From a virus (taxonomy: Duplodnaviria > Caudoviricetes), in IMG/VR virus record IMGVR_UViG_3300031565_011186, positions 1-60,997 of that record: a DNA stretch of 60,997 nt, one strand, 5' to 3'. Position 1 is the first letter of the stretch; every line of letters begins with the position of its first letter. The translations under genes and the position numbers were made by a program. The notes below the pieces were generated by a model. It worked only from the letters and a program-made list of their open reading frames with translations. It was not told the origin of the DNA and did no database searches. This document shows, piece by piece, positions 28,099 through 36,504 of the stretch.

Positions 28099-28137
28099 TT
28101 ACCATCGGTAGATACCAATAGTAGCGACCGAAAGGAG

Positions 28138-28758
28138 ATGCCCATGCCAGAGCCGGAAGAGCCGAAGACCGAAGACGTCGTGCTGGACTACGCCGCCGTG
28201 GTGGCAGTCCTCGATCAAAACGGCGACCTCGAAGCGGTCATCGACAAGATCCTCTGTGAAGGGGTCTCGGGGCGGCTTGACGAGGAACAAGCCCGCGAAG
28301 ACGTCGGAGCCTTCCTCATGCGCCTCCGCGAAGTCCTGCGCATGCGCGGCTGGGGGCCGCCCCCGAAGGCGGCGATCACCTTCAAGGGCCAGATCAGCCA
28401 GTGGGCGCCGCGGGTGACGCCGGACGTCCGGCTGATGCGGATCACGTTTGACGCCCGCGGCGTGGAGTCCGCCGCCATCCCAGCGCTCTGGGACGTGCAG
28501 AACAAGACCTGCCAGGCAACCTTCCTGGTCAGGGACTACCAGCCGAGCCTCATGCCGGCCGCCGCCGCCAGCGCCCTGGGTGACCTCATGGCGGCCCACG
28601 AGGGCGGCCAGCACAAGACGCCGGATTGGGCCTGCCCGAACTGTCTCATGGAGGGCGCGGCGCGCCGGCTGGAAGCGCAGGAGGAGTTGAATGAGGAACC
28701 CGAATCGCCGGACGCCTATCCGGCCGCAGAACTGGACGCGGAGGCCGATCCTGAATAG
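28138..28758 (+). CDS. Hypothetical protein
   Basis: AAAGGAG RBS, CPNC, acidic tail. Confidence 0.7.
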   Translation: MPMPEPEEPKTEDVVLDYAAVVAVLDQNGDLEAVIDKILCEGVSGRLDEEQAREDVGAFLMRLREVLRMRGWGPPPKAAITFKGQISQWAPRVTPDVRLMRITFDARGVESAAIPALWDVQNKTCQATFLVRDYQPSLMPAAAASALGDLMAAHEGGQHKTPDWACPNCLMEGAARRLEAQEELNEEPESPDAYPAAELDAEADPE

Positions 28759-28858
28759 TTGGCGCGATCTGCGGCGGCCGGACTGGTGCGTTCTGTCCAT
28801 CGGGTTGGCCGTCGTCGTCACACTGGTGGCGGCTGACCTCTACTTTCTCTTGAGGTGA
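28751..28858 (+). CDS. Possible small membrane peptide (non-canonical CTG start)
   Basis: GGAGG upstream; WCVLSIGLAVVVTLVAADLYFLL hydrophobic helix. Confidence 0.3.
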   Translation: MNSWRDLRRPDWCVLSIGLAVVVTLVAADLYFLLR

Positions 28859-28888
28859 CGGAGCAACTGCGTAGGCGCTTTATCAACC

Positions 28889-28917
28889 TTGACACAAGCG
28901 GGGGCGGGATCTAATCT
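28889..28917 (+). promoter_or_regulatory. Sigma70-type promoter
   Basis: TTGACA-17-TAATCT. Confidence 0.6.
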
Positions 28918-28972
28918 CGCCCCCGCACCCGTCTGATCGGTCGTCTCCCACGAGCAAGGAAAGGACTCCGCA

Positions 28973-29392
28973 GTGCCATCTCAACCAGCCCGTCGCCTCC
29001 CGCCAGGAATCATCGATATTGCCGCCCCCCAGCTACCGTTAGAACCACACCAAAGCCCCCAGGACGCCCAACAGGCCGCGCAGATCATCCGGCCGGTATC
29101 GCCCATCGCCAGGGTCGCTGTCCGGCCACTGACGGCCGTGGAGCGGCTGACGGCGAAGTACCTGCGAGCCCGCGTCGGTTTCCACTACGGCGCTGAGCAC
29201 TTCCTCAAAAAGCATGGTGCCCCCGCTGTCCGCGCCGCCCTACGTGACGGCGTCCTGATCTTCGAAGACGGTGCCTATGGCTGGGACGCCCGCCGCCAGT
29301 GCCCCATGAGTCAGGGGCGCAGCCGCTGGACGGTGAACCCCCGCCTGCGCTCACCGGCCGCCTATTTGAACAGGATCCTCAACGACCCTTGA
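28973..29392 (+). CDS. Hypothetical protein with replication-initiator-like C-terminus
   Basis: Ends LRSPAAYLNRIL, resembling DnaD/Rep C-terminal helices. Confidence 0.5.
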   Translation: MPSQPARRLPPGIIDIAAPQLPLEPHQSPQDAQQAAQIIRPVSPIARVAVRPLTAVERLTAKYLRARVGFHYGAEHFLKKHGAPAVRAALRDGVLIFEDGAYGWDARRQCPMSQGRSRWTVNPRLRSPAAYLNRILNDP

Positions 29393-29418
29393 CGGCGGCT
29401 AGTCGCTGCGGCTATTAT
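29389..29418 (+). promoter_or_regulatory. Sigma70-type promoter with operator A
   Basis: TTGACG-18-TATTAT; GCGGCTAGTCGC at 29395-29406. Confidence 0.75.
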
Positions 29419-29444
29419 CAGCCGGTAGATTACCAGCAAGGAGG

Positions 29445-30752
29445 ATGCCCATGACTCCGAAAGCCATCCGCGGGATCGGGATCGCAGACCCTCACATTGG
29501 CATCGACAACGTCGGCCCCCCGAACGAGAACGGCCTGCCGGCGCGCGTTGACGACTTCCTCGGCAACCTCAGTCTCGTCGCCCAGGAGGCCATCAGCCGC
29601 AAGGTCGACCTCCTGGCGATCGACGGTGACCTGTTCAAGTCGCGGAACCCGCCCCAGCGCGTCCTGCAGCCAGTCTGCGCGACCCTCTGCGCTGTCGCTG
29701 ACGCAGGGATCCACGTCTTTCTCGTCCGCGGCAACCATGAGGGCGACTCTGAGCCAGGGCGGCCCAACGTCCTGGACACGATCGCCCTCCTCCGCCCGAA
29801 GATCTCGGCCTTCAACCATCCAGGCTGCCTAACCTACCCCGCCCTGGGCCTCAACATCCTGGCCATGCCCTGGCCTCGTCTCAAGTGGGCGCTCGGCGAG
29901 ATGCCGGTCGGCATGGACTACGCCGAGATGGTGCCGATGGCCAATGAGGGCCTCGCGCACCGCCTCTTGACGCTGACGTCGCTGCGCGACCCTGCCCTCC
30001 CGACGCTCCTCCTCGGCCACCTGGCCGTCCTGGGCGCCGACCGCTCATCCGAGCAGTGGATGACGCTCGGTTACGAGCCAACGATCAGCCTCGCCGACAT
30101 TCCCTTGGAGGTTGACCTGGGACTCTTCGGGCACTACCACAAGGGCTGCGAGATGACGTGGCCTCCCAACCTGCCTATTGCGGTCGGCGCTAACACCGAG
30201 TTCCGCCCCCGCCGCGCCGCCTACTGCGGCAGCATCGCGAAGATCGATTTCGGCGAGGAAGGTCAGGAGAAGTTCTGGTGGGAGTTCGAGTTCGGCGGCC
30301 CCAGCGGCAAGGAAGTCCGGCTCGAACCCCACCTGCTACCTGACCGGCCCTTCCGGACGCTCGACTTTACCTACCACGAGGCCGCCCCGCCTGAGACGGT
30401 GAACGAGGCGTTCGCTGCCTACATCTGGAGCCTCAACCACGACCTCGACCAGGCGGTCGTCCGCTGCCGGTTGGACTTCGGCACGGCGCAGCAGGCTGCC
30501 GCCTTCAGTGAGGGCGCCGCGGAGGAACGGATCCGTGAGGCCGGCGCGTGGTGGATCGCCGGCATCGAACGCAAGGCGCCCCGCGCCATCCGCCGGCAGG
30601 ACTCAAACGGTGAGATCTCGACGATGGGCGACCTGGATCTGCTGCGCCTCTTCCTGACCGGCCAGGAGCCGGACGAGGCGCGGCTCCAGCAGTTGATCTG
30701 GCAGGGAGCCAGAGTCATGGAGGGCCAGCCGGCTCTTGACCGTGGCGGCTAG
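29445..30752 (+). CDS. sbcD: SbcD/Mre11-family nuclease
   Basis: DPH, GDLF, GNHE, GH, GHYH phosphoesterase motifs; YCGSI...FGE. Confidence 0.92.
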   Translation: MPMTPKAIRGIGIADPHIGIDNVGPPNENGLPARVDDFLGNLSLVAQEAISRKVDLLAIDGDLFKSRNPPQRVLQPVCATLCAVADAGIHVFLVRGNHEGDSEPGRPNVLDTIALLRPKISAFNHPGCLTYPALGLNILAMPWPRLKWALGEMPVGMDYAEMVPMANEGLAHRLLTLTSLRDPALPTLLLGHLAVLGADRSSEQWMTLGYEPTISLADIPLEVDLGLFGHYHKGCEMTWPPNLPIAVGANTEFRPRRAAYCGSIAKIDFGEEGQEKFWWEFEFGGPSGKEVRLEPHLLPDRPFRTLDFTYHEAAPPETVNEAFAAYIWSLNHDLDQAVVRCRLDFGTAQQAAAFSEGAAEERIREAGAWWIAGIERKAPRAIRRQDSNGEISTMGDLDLLRLFLTGQEPDEARLQQLIWQGARVMEGQPALDRGG

Positions 30753-30765
30753 TCGCCGTTATCAT
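30736..30765 (+). promoter_or_regulatory. Sigma70-type promoter with operator A
   Basis: TTGACC-18-TATCAT; GCGGCTAGTCGC at 30745-30756. Confidence 0.75.
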
Positions 30766-30785
30766 CTGACGGAGGAGGATGCCCA

Positions 30786-31046
30786 ATGTTCACCGAGGAG
30801 ATACTGGCCACGCAACACAAGATCGGCTTGATCATGCAGGTGGTGGTCGACATGCCGCTGCAGGAGATGGCCGAGGAGATCAACCGCGCCGACGTCCTTG
30901 GCCCCGTTCTTGATCCCACGGCTTGGAGAGACGGCGCGCCCGCTATGAGGGAGTGGGCGGAACTGTTGAAACCCTTGATCGAATTCCAGCGGCTCAGCAG
31001 GAAGATCGTGCCAGCGCCTGAGGTGGCTGCGGGAGGCCTGGCATGA
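30786..31046 (+). CDS. Hypothetical protein inserted between sbcD and sbcC
   Basis: GGAGGAGG RBS, own promoter. Confidence 0.7.
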   Translation: MFTEEILATQHKIGLIMQVVVDMPLQEMAEEINRADVLGPVLDPTAWRDGAPAMREWAELLKPLIEFQRLSRKIVPAPEVAAGGLA

Positions 31047-33223
31047 TACCGAGGAGGATCGAGGTCAAGAACTTCCTCTCCTACGCCTACGCGCAGGTCG
31101 ACCTGAGCGGCTGCCACCTGGTGGCGCTCGCCGGCGAGAACGGCGCCGGCAAGTCCGCCCTCGCGGTCGACGCCATCACCTGGGCACTCTGGGGCGAGAG
31201 CCGAGCGCGCTCGGACGACGACCTGGTGCGGCAGGGCGCCGACGCCTGTGAGGTCAGCGTCTTCGTCGAGGCCCGCGGCTGGCACTACGAGATCCGCCGG
31301 TCGCGGCGCCTGGCACGTGAGGGCCGGTCGGCGCTCAGCAGCCTCGGCCTGATCCGTCATAACGCACAGGATCCTGACGCTGAGCCTCCGGTCGTCCTCA
31401 CGGCGGAAACCATCCGCGAGACCCAGGAACGGATCAACAGCGCCCTCGGGCTGGACTATTCGACCTTCATCAACACGGCCTGCCTGATCCAGGGGCGGGC
31501 CGACGAGTTCACCCGCGCGGCGCCGGTTGACCGAAAGAAGGTGCTGGCCTCCCTGCTCGGCCTGGAACGCTGGCAGCAGTGGACAGCCGCCCTGCACGAA
31601 GAGGGCGCCGTGACCGAGAGGAACCTCACCAGGGTTGACGGGATGATCGAGCAGACTGAACAGGCCCTCGCCCCGCTGGAGGATCTGCAGCGGGAGGCCA
31701 CGGGCCTGGAGGCCGCCGCCAACGACCTGGCGGTCAAGTTGACCGTGGCACACAGCACCGCCGAGGCGGCCCGCGCCGACGCGGACGCGCACACGAGCGA
31801 CGTCAATGAGCGGGGCAGGCTGGCCCAAGAAGGCGAGCGTGTCTACGGCGAGGTCAAGCGCAAGGACGACCAGATCTTCCGCCTGAACGAGCAGTTGAAA
31901 CAGGCGCCCACGCCCGAGGCCGTGGAGGAACTCCGCGCCCGCGTCTCTCTCCTGGAGGTGGCCAGCGCCGACTATCCGGCCATGCAGCAGGCGGCGGGGG
32001 AGTTCAGTCTGGCCTCTGAGCAGTTGGAGTCCATCAGGCGGCAACTGCCGAAGGACATCGCCGCACTGACGGAGGCCACGGAGGCGTTGGGCAAACTGCC
32101 CTTCGAGGAGGAGATCGCCGAGTTGGAGGAGTGCCCGACCTGTGGGCAGAAGCTCCACGACGCCGCGGCCGAGGAGAAAGCCCGCGCGGCCCTTAGGCTT
32201 CAGCGCGCGAATGTCCAGGCGCGGATCGACAAGGCCCAGAGGGCCGTCAACGCCGGCTATGACGCACAGAGCGAGATCGGCAACCGGATCGCCGACATGC
32301 CTGCTGCCAAGATCGGCTTTGCTGCCGCCTTCGGCAAGGCGCGCCAGGCGGCGGAAGAGATCGGCACGGCGCGGGCTACTCTGGCGAGGAACGAGGAGCG
32401 CCTGAAGGCCGCCGAGAGCCTCCGTGTTGCCCGTGACGCCCTGGTGGAGGACTCTGCCGTCCTGGGCAACCGGCTGGGCGATCTGCGTGAAGCCCTGGCC
32501 CTGAGGGAGCAGGCCGTGCTGGACGGCGCCGGCCGCGTCCTTGCCTTCCAGAATGCCGAAGGCGAGCGCCGGAAGATAAGCACTTCACTCGACGACGTCC
32601 GGCGGGCCCGCGACGAGATGAAGGGCCGCCTCGCGCACCTGCAGGAGATGGCCGCCGACCTGGGCAAGGCGCGCCAAGAGCGTCTGGCGCTGGCCGCTGA
32701 CCTCGACACAGAACGCATGCTGGAGAAGGCTTTCGGCCCCCGCGGGATCCAGGCGATGCTCATCGATTCGGCCATACCTGAGATCGTCGACGAGGCCAAC
32801 CGCCTCCTCAGCCTCATGACCGCCGGCTCGACGACCATAGATATGACGACCCAGCGCACCGGCAAGACGACGGGCAGGGAGATCGAGACCCTGGACGTCG
32901 TGATAGCGGATGCCCAAGGTGTCCGCCCCTACGAGAACTACAGCGGCGGCGAGCGATTCCGGATCGACTTCGCCCTCCGGATCGCCCTCAGCCGGCTGCT
33001 CGCGAGAAGGGCGAACGCGCCATGCAAGACGTTGATCATCGACGAGGGGTTCGGCTCCCAGGACGGGAATGGCCGGACGGGGTTGGTGGAGGCGCTGGCG
33101 ACGGTGAGCGATCAGTTCGGCCTGGTGATGGTCATCTCCCACGTCGACGAGGTCAGGGAGATCTTCCCGACAACGGTCACCGTCCGGAAGGGAACGAATG
33201 GCTCCGAGGTCAGCCTCTCTTAG
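31043..33223 (+). CDS. sbcC: SbcC/Rad50-family ATPase
   Basis: GENGAGKS, Q-loop, coiled coil with CPTC zinc hook, YSGGE, IIDEGFGSQD, ISH. Confidence 0.95.
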   Translation: MIPRRIEVKNFLSYAYAQVDLSGCHLVALAGENGAGKSALAVDAITWALWGESRARSDDDLVRQGADACEVSVFVEARGWHYEIRRSRRLAREGRSALSSLGLIRHNAQDPDAEPPVVLTAETIRETQERINSALGLDYSTFINTACLIQGRADEFTRAAPVDRKKVLASLLGLERWQQWTAALHEEGAVTERNLTRVDGMIEQTEQALAPLEDLQREATGLEAAANDLAVKLTVAHSTAEAARADADAHTSDVNERGRLAQEGERVYGEVKRKDDQIFRLNEQLKQAPTPEAVEELRARVSLLEVASADYPAMQQAAGEFSLASEQLESIRRQLPKDIAALTEATEALGKLPFEEEIAELEECPTCGQKLHDAAAEEKARAALRLQRANVQARIDKAQRAVNAGYDAQSEIGNRIADMPAAKIGFAAAFGKARQAAEEIGTARATLARNEERLKAAESLRVARDALVEDSAVLGNRLGDLREALALREQAVLDGAGRVLAFQNAEGERRKISTSLDDVRRARDEMKGRLAHLQEMAADLGKARQERLALAADLDTERMLEKAFGPRGIQAMLIDSAIPEIVDEANRLLSLMTAGSTTIDMTTQRTGKTTGREIETLDVVIADAQGVRPYENYSGGERFRIDFALRIALSRLLARRANAPCKTLIIDEGFGSQDGNGRTGLVEALATVSDQFGLVMVISHVDEVREIFPTTVTVRKGTNGSEVSLS

Positions 33224-33342
33224 GAGGGCCCCACTAGCCGGAAAGCGGGCGCGGCCGCCCGACGCAAGGCCGCGCGTTGGCGGCACGTTCGCCGGAAGGA
33301 ACGACGGTTCTGGCGCGTGGCGTTACGAAGGAGAGATCTCTA

Positions 33343-34131
33343 TTGACCGGCATCCCCTATCTCGATGAAGTCTGGAACGTGACCCACGGCTGCACGAAGG
33401 TCAGCGCGGGGTGCGCTAACTGCTACGCCGCACGGCTCAGTGACCGGTTCCCTCACGGCGGCAACTTCGGGGACGTTATCCCCCGTGAGAGCCAACTTGA
33501 CAAGCCGCTGCACTGGCGGCGTCCGCGGCGCGTCGGCGTCTGCTTCATGTCCGACCTTTTCCACGAGAGGGTGCCGGACGAGTTCCTGGACAAGGTGTTC
33601 GCGGTGATGGCGCTGACGCCTCAGCACACGTACGTGCTGCTGACGAAGAGGCCGGAGCGGATGCGGATGTACATCTCTGATCCGGCCCTAGATGATCGCC
33701 TGTGTGAATTGAACGAAGAACTCGGGCCACGCGGCTGGCCGCCCCCCAACGTCTGGCTCGGCGTGTCGGTCGAGAACCAGCAGGCCGCCGACGAGCGCAT
33801 ACCGCTGCTGCTGGAGACACCGGCGGCGGAGTGGTGGCTGTCGGTAGAGCCGCTGCTGGGGGCGGTCGATCTGTCGCGTTATCTGCCGAGCCCACACGTT
33901 CGTCTAACCGGCCGACCGACCCTCGACTGGGTTGTCGTCGGCGGCGAGTCCGGCCCGAAGGCGCGACCAATGGAGGGCGGCTGGCTCATGGACATCATGG
34001 CCGAATGCTCTGAGGCCGGAGTGCCCGTCTACGTGAAGCAGGACAGCGGGCCGCGACCAGGCCAGCAGGGGCGCATCCCCGACGCGCTGTGGGCTGTCAA
34101 GCAGTTGCCGTGGCCGAAGGAGGAACCATGA
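33343..34131 (+). CDS. DUF5131 (phage gp37/gp68-family) protein
   Basis: WN...GCTKVSAGCANCYA, MSDLFHE, LLTKRPER, SVEPLL, WVVVGGESG; TTG start after AAGGAG. Confidence 0.9.
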   Translation: MTGIPYLDEVWNVTHGCTKVSAGCANCYAARLSDRFPHGGNFGDVIPRESQLDKPLHWRRPRRVGVCFMSDLFHERVPDEFLDKVFAVMALTPQHTYVLLTKRPERMRMYISDPALDDRLCELNEELGPRGWPPPNVWLGVSVENQQAADERIPLLLETPAAEWWLSVEPLLGAVDLSRYLPSPHVRLTGRPTLDWVVVGGESGPKARPMEGGWLMDIMAECSEAGVPVYVKQDSGPRPGQQGRIPDALWAVKQLPWPKEEP

Positions 34132-34270
34132 AACGGTTCGAAAGGACGGTGGTCTGAGGTGTCAACGCGCAGTTGCCCTAGCGGCTATCTTGCTGGCGGC
34201 TGCGCTCTTCGGAAGGGAGGTCGCGAACGAAACACGGCTCGGGCGCTGGCGTAGCGGCGCTCGATATCGG

Positions 34271-34870
34271 ATGGCGGTGCTCCTGGGGCTGATAGTCCTC
34301 AGCAGCGCCTTTCTAGGAGGCAAGACAGATGGATGCCCAACAGATCCTAGTTGTACTCGCAGCGATGATAGCGGCCGCGCTGTCCGGTTCCTTCTTCGCG
34401 GAATACCGGCGGCGCTCCGAACAGCACCGCGAACGCTCCCAAGTCCGACGCCTGACGCGACACCCCTAGAGTTCGTCGCTCCTCCTGCAGCCACGCCGCC
34501 GACGGAACCCCCTGCCACCAGGGCGTCGGCGGCCGGCTATATCTCGGGCCGGCTGACGCACTACGGCGGCGGGCCGGTCTGGGGCGACGCCGTCGACTAT
34601 AACGGCCGCCAGATGGGTTGCCCAGGCGCCGGCCTCTACGATAGTGCCGACCCGACGATCGTCGCGGTCGGCCCCTCCCGCTACGCTGACTGGCCCTGCG
34701 GCACCGCCCTGAGCATCTGCGGGCCTACCGGCTGCCTTACCGCCATCCGTCAGGATGCCTGCCCAGGTTGTGGGCCCTTCCTCGTCGACGGAAGCGAATC
34801 CCTCTTCCGCGCCGTCTGCGGCGCCGGCGCCTCCGGATCCTGCGAGATCTCCATCACCGCCGCCCCATAA
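34271..34870 (+). CDS. Membrane-anchored RlpA-like double-psi beta-barrel protein
   Basis: Hydrophobic N-terminus, Pro/Thr linker, THY...CG...D.CPGC...VD.S..LF; start uncertain (34190 possible). Confidence 0.7.
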   Translation: MAVLLGLIVLSSAFLGGKTDGCPTDPSCTRSDDSGRAVRFLLRGIPAALRTAPRTLPSPTPDATPLEFVAPPAATPPTEPPATRASAAGYISGRLTHYGGGPVWGDAVDYNGRQMGCPGAGLYDSADPTIVAVGPSRYADWPCGTALSICGPTGCLTAIRQDACPGCGPFLVDGSESLFRAVCGAGASGSCEISITAAP

Positions 34871-34946
34871 TCGCCACGGCTGGCCCCCACGGCCCCACTT
34901 TCTTCGAAATAGGTCGAACTTTCTGAGGATTCTCGCGCCACAACCC

Positions 34947-34975
34947 TTGACTTCCATGGCCGTGACGGCTATATT
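34947..34975 (+). promoter_or_regulatory. Early sigma70-type promoter with operator B
   Basis: TTGACT-17-TATATT; GCCGTGACGGC at 34959-34969. Confidence 0.75.
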
Positions 34976-34981
34976 GGACTC

Positions 34982-35267
34982 ATGAAGTGAACCACAGGCG
35001 CGGGGCAGGCCAGCAAAAAACAAGCCCCACGGACACCGGCCGGAGCGAGGGAGCTAACACGGCTCGCCAGGGAACCCGCCCAGGCACGACAGCCCCCAGG
35101 CCCAAAACCCCCAGGGACGGCCGGAGACAAGGAGGGAAGCAGAAAGGCCGGAGACGACCGCGAAGCCTCCCGAGGGCGCCAAGAACGGAAGAGCAAGCGC
35201 GCAAGCGCGGACACGCCGAGAAGCGCCCGAGCAGAAGGAAGCCGAAACGAGGCGGGAACGCCTCGTC
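34982..35267 (+). ncRNA. Candidate U-depleted leader RNA released by hammerhead 1
   Basis: Only 3 T in 34989-35262; bounded by the promoter and the ribozyme cleavage site. Confidence 0.5.
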
Positions 35268-35307
35268 GCCTCAGGGTCACCTCCTGGGGCCTGAGGATGG
35301 CAGGTGA
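35241..35307 (+). ncRNA. Type II hammerhead ribozyme 1
   Basis: GCC-GAAA-C-GAGGCG(GGAA)CGCCTC-GTC-GCCTCAGG(GTCACCT)CCTGGGGC-CTGAGGA-T-GGC; loop TCACCT pairs with downstream AGGTGA (pseudoknot). Confidence 0.88.
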
Positions 35308-35322
35308 ACGAAAGGATGAACG

Positions 35323-35577
35323 ATGGATCTGGCAACGGTAGTCATCGAGGGGACGATGAGGGCGGGGGCCATGTACGTCGCCGAGAAGCACCTGACCATA
35401 GACTTCGCGGCCGTGACCGCGCGGATGCGCGATATCGTCAGGGCCGAGTACGGCGAACTGATGGAGACGTTGAAGGACGCCCTGGACGGCAACATGGGCG
35501 ACGCCATGTACCGCCAGGTCATCAACACCTTCTGCACCTCCTGGGCCATCCGCGCGGTTGATAACAGGGCGCGCTGA
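35323..35577 (+). CDS. Hypothetical 84-aa protein flanked by two hammerheads
   Basis: AAAGGA RBS, genome-like codon usage, stop abuts ribozyme 2. Confidence 0.75.
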   Translation: MDLATVVIEGTMRAGAMYVAEKHLTIDFAAVTARMRDIVRAEYGELMETLKDALDGNMGDAMYRQVINTFCTSWAIRAVDNRAR

Positions 35578-35637
35578 GCCGAAACGCCCGCGAGGGCGTC
35601 CGTCAGGACTGACCGCCTGGCGCCGATGAGGCAGGTC
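35578..35637 (+). ncRNA. Type II hammerhead ribozyme 2 (U4C core variant)
   Basis: GCC-GAAA-C-GCCC(GCGA)GGGC-GTC-CGTCAGG(ACTGACCG)CCTGGCG-CCGATGA-GGC; loop GACC pairs with downstream GGTC. Confidence 0.82.
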
Positions 35638-35658
35638 GAACGAGGAGGGATTGAGACG

Positions 35659-35970
35659 ATGACTGGCCGGAAGTTCAGCAGGGGCAAGGTTCGGCTCGTG
35701 ACCTGCGACGGTTGCGGCAAGCTCACCACGTCGGGAATCGACGGTTGCGTTGGCTTGAATCTCTGCCGCGAGTGCTTCAACGATGTCAACGGAGAGAACG
35801 CGCACAGCGACTATGGCCACGATGAGGCCGTTGCTGGGGGCGACTATTGGCCCAGGGGCTGCGAGAAGTGCAGGGCCGCGGCGGAAGATGCGAAGATCAT
35901 CGCCACGTTCAAAGCTATCAACGCCGCCGACCACAAGCGCGACGCCGAGGAGGCAGGTGAGGGCCGATGA
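35659..35970 (+). CDS. Cys-rich early protein
   Basis: CDGCGKLT...LCREC...ENAHSD..H...CEKC; GAGGAGG RBS. Confidence 0.75.
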   Translation: MTGRKFSRGKVRLVTCDGCGKLTTSGIDGCVGLNLCRECFNDVNGENAHSDYGHDEAVAGGDYWPRGCEKCRAAAEDAKIIATFKAINAADHKRDAEEAGEGR

Positions 35971-36215
35971 CTGACCTCACGCGCGGACAGCAGCAGCAGC
36001 AGAACAACAGGGATCGCGGGACTGGGCGGTACCGGACGGGGAACCGCTGCGACGTTTGCCAAAGGCCGGTGCCTTTCTACGACTACTTCGGCAACGCCGA
36101 CCTGCCCTGTGTCTGCAGCCGGAAGGCCTGCCTGAGGGCACTGCACGAGTCAGACCTGGCGGCCGGCCGGCGCGATGACACCTTCGCGGAGTTCTGGGCG
36201 CTGGTGAGGCGATAG
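35967..36215 (+). CDS. Small zinc-finger protein
   Basis: CDVC...VCSRKAC; coupled start. Confidence 0.65.
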   Translation: MTDLTRGQQQQQNNRDRGTGRYRTGNRCDVCQRPVPFYDYFGNADLPCVCSRKACLRALHESDLAAGRRDDTFAEFWALVRR

Positions 36216-36225
36216 GAGGAAGCAC

Positions 36226-36435
36226 ATGGCCTGGAAGATCGTATTCGAGACGGTAGAGGACGCCATTCGGAGCGCCCGCACCGACCGGCGCTACGGGCAG
36301 AGGATCGCGATAGTCTGCGCCACGAGGCGGGGATATCGCAAGGTAGCCCTAGCGGAGGGACAGGCGGCACGGACGTGTTGGCGGGGCGCTCATCTGGTCT
36401 GCGTGGTGGAGTTAGATGGCACCGTCACGCACTAG
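36226..36435 (+). CDS. Hypothetical protein
   Basis: AGGAGG RBS. Confidence 0.6.
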   Translation: MAWKIVFETVEDAIRSARTDRRYGQRIAIVCATRRGYRKVALAEGQAARTCWRGAHLVCVVELDGTVTH

Positions 36436-36504
36436 GGGCTCCTGCCCCTGGACTCGGCCCTTCGCTGGAGGGGCCGGATGCAGCAGCAGGAGGAGAGAAT
36501 CATG
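36434..36504 (+). promoter_or_regulatory. Repeated structured RNA leader, copy 1
   Basis: AGGGGC-TCCT-GCCCCT hairpin, stem with C(GCTG)G loop, GCAGGAG complementary to CTCCTGC. Confidence 0.65.

Noticed and set aside
33235-33275. c-di-GMP-I riboswitch resemblance (GAAA...GACGCAA)
   Set aside because: Spacing and conserved core do not fit the consensus
34128-34157. 9-codon ORF with good RBS possibly frameshifting into the DPBB gene
   Set aside because: No canonical slippery site in the required frame; cannot distinguish a leader peptide from decay or sequence error
34987-35307. 106-aa Arg/Pro/Gly-rich ORF
   Set aside because: Openness follows from the lack of T (no stop codons possible); no RBS, and it overlaps the ribozyme
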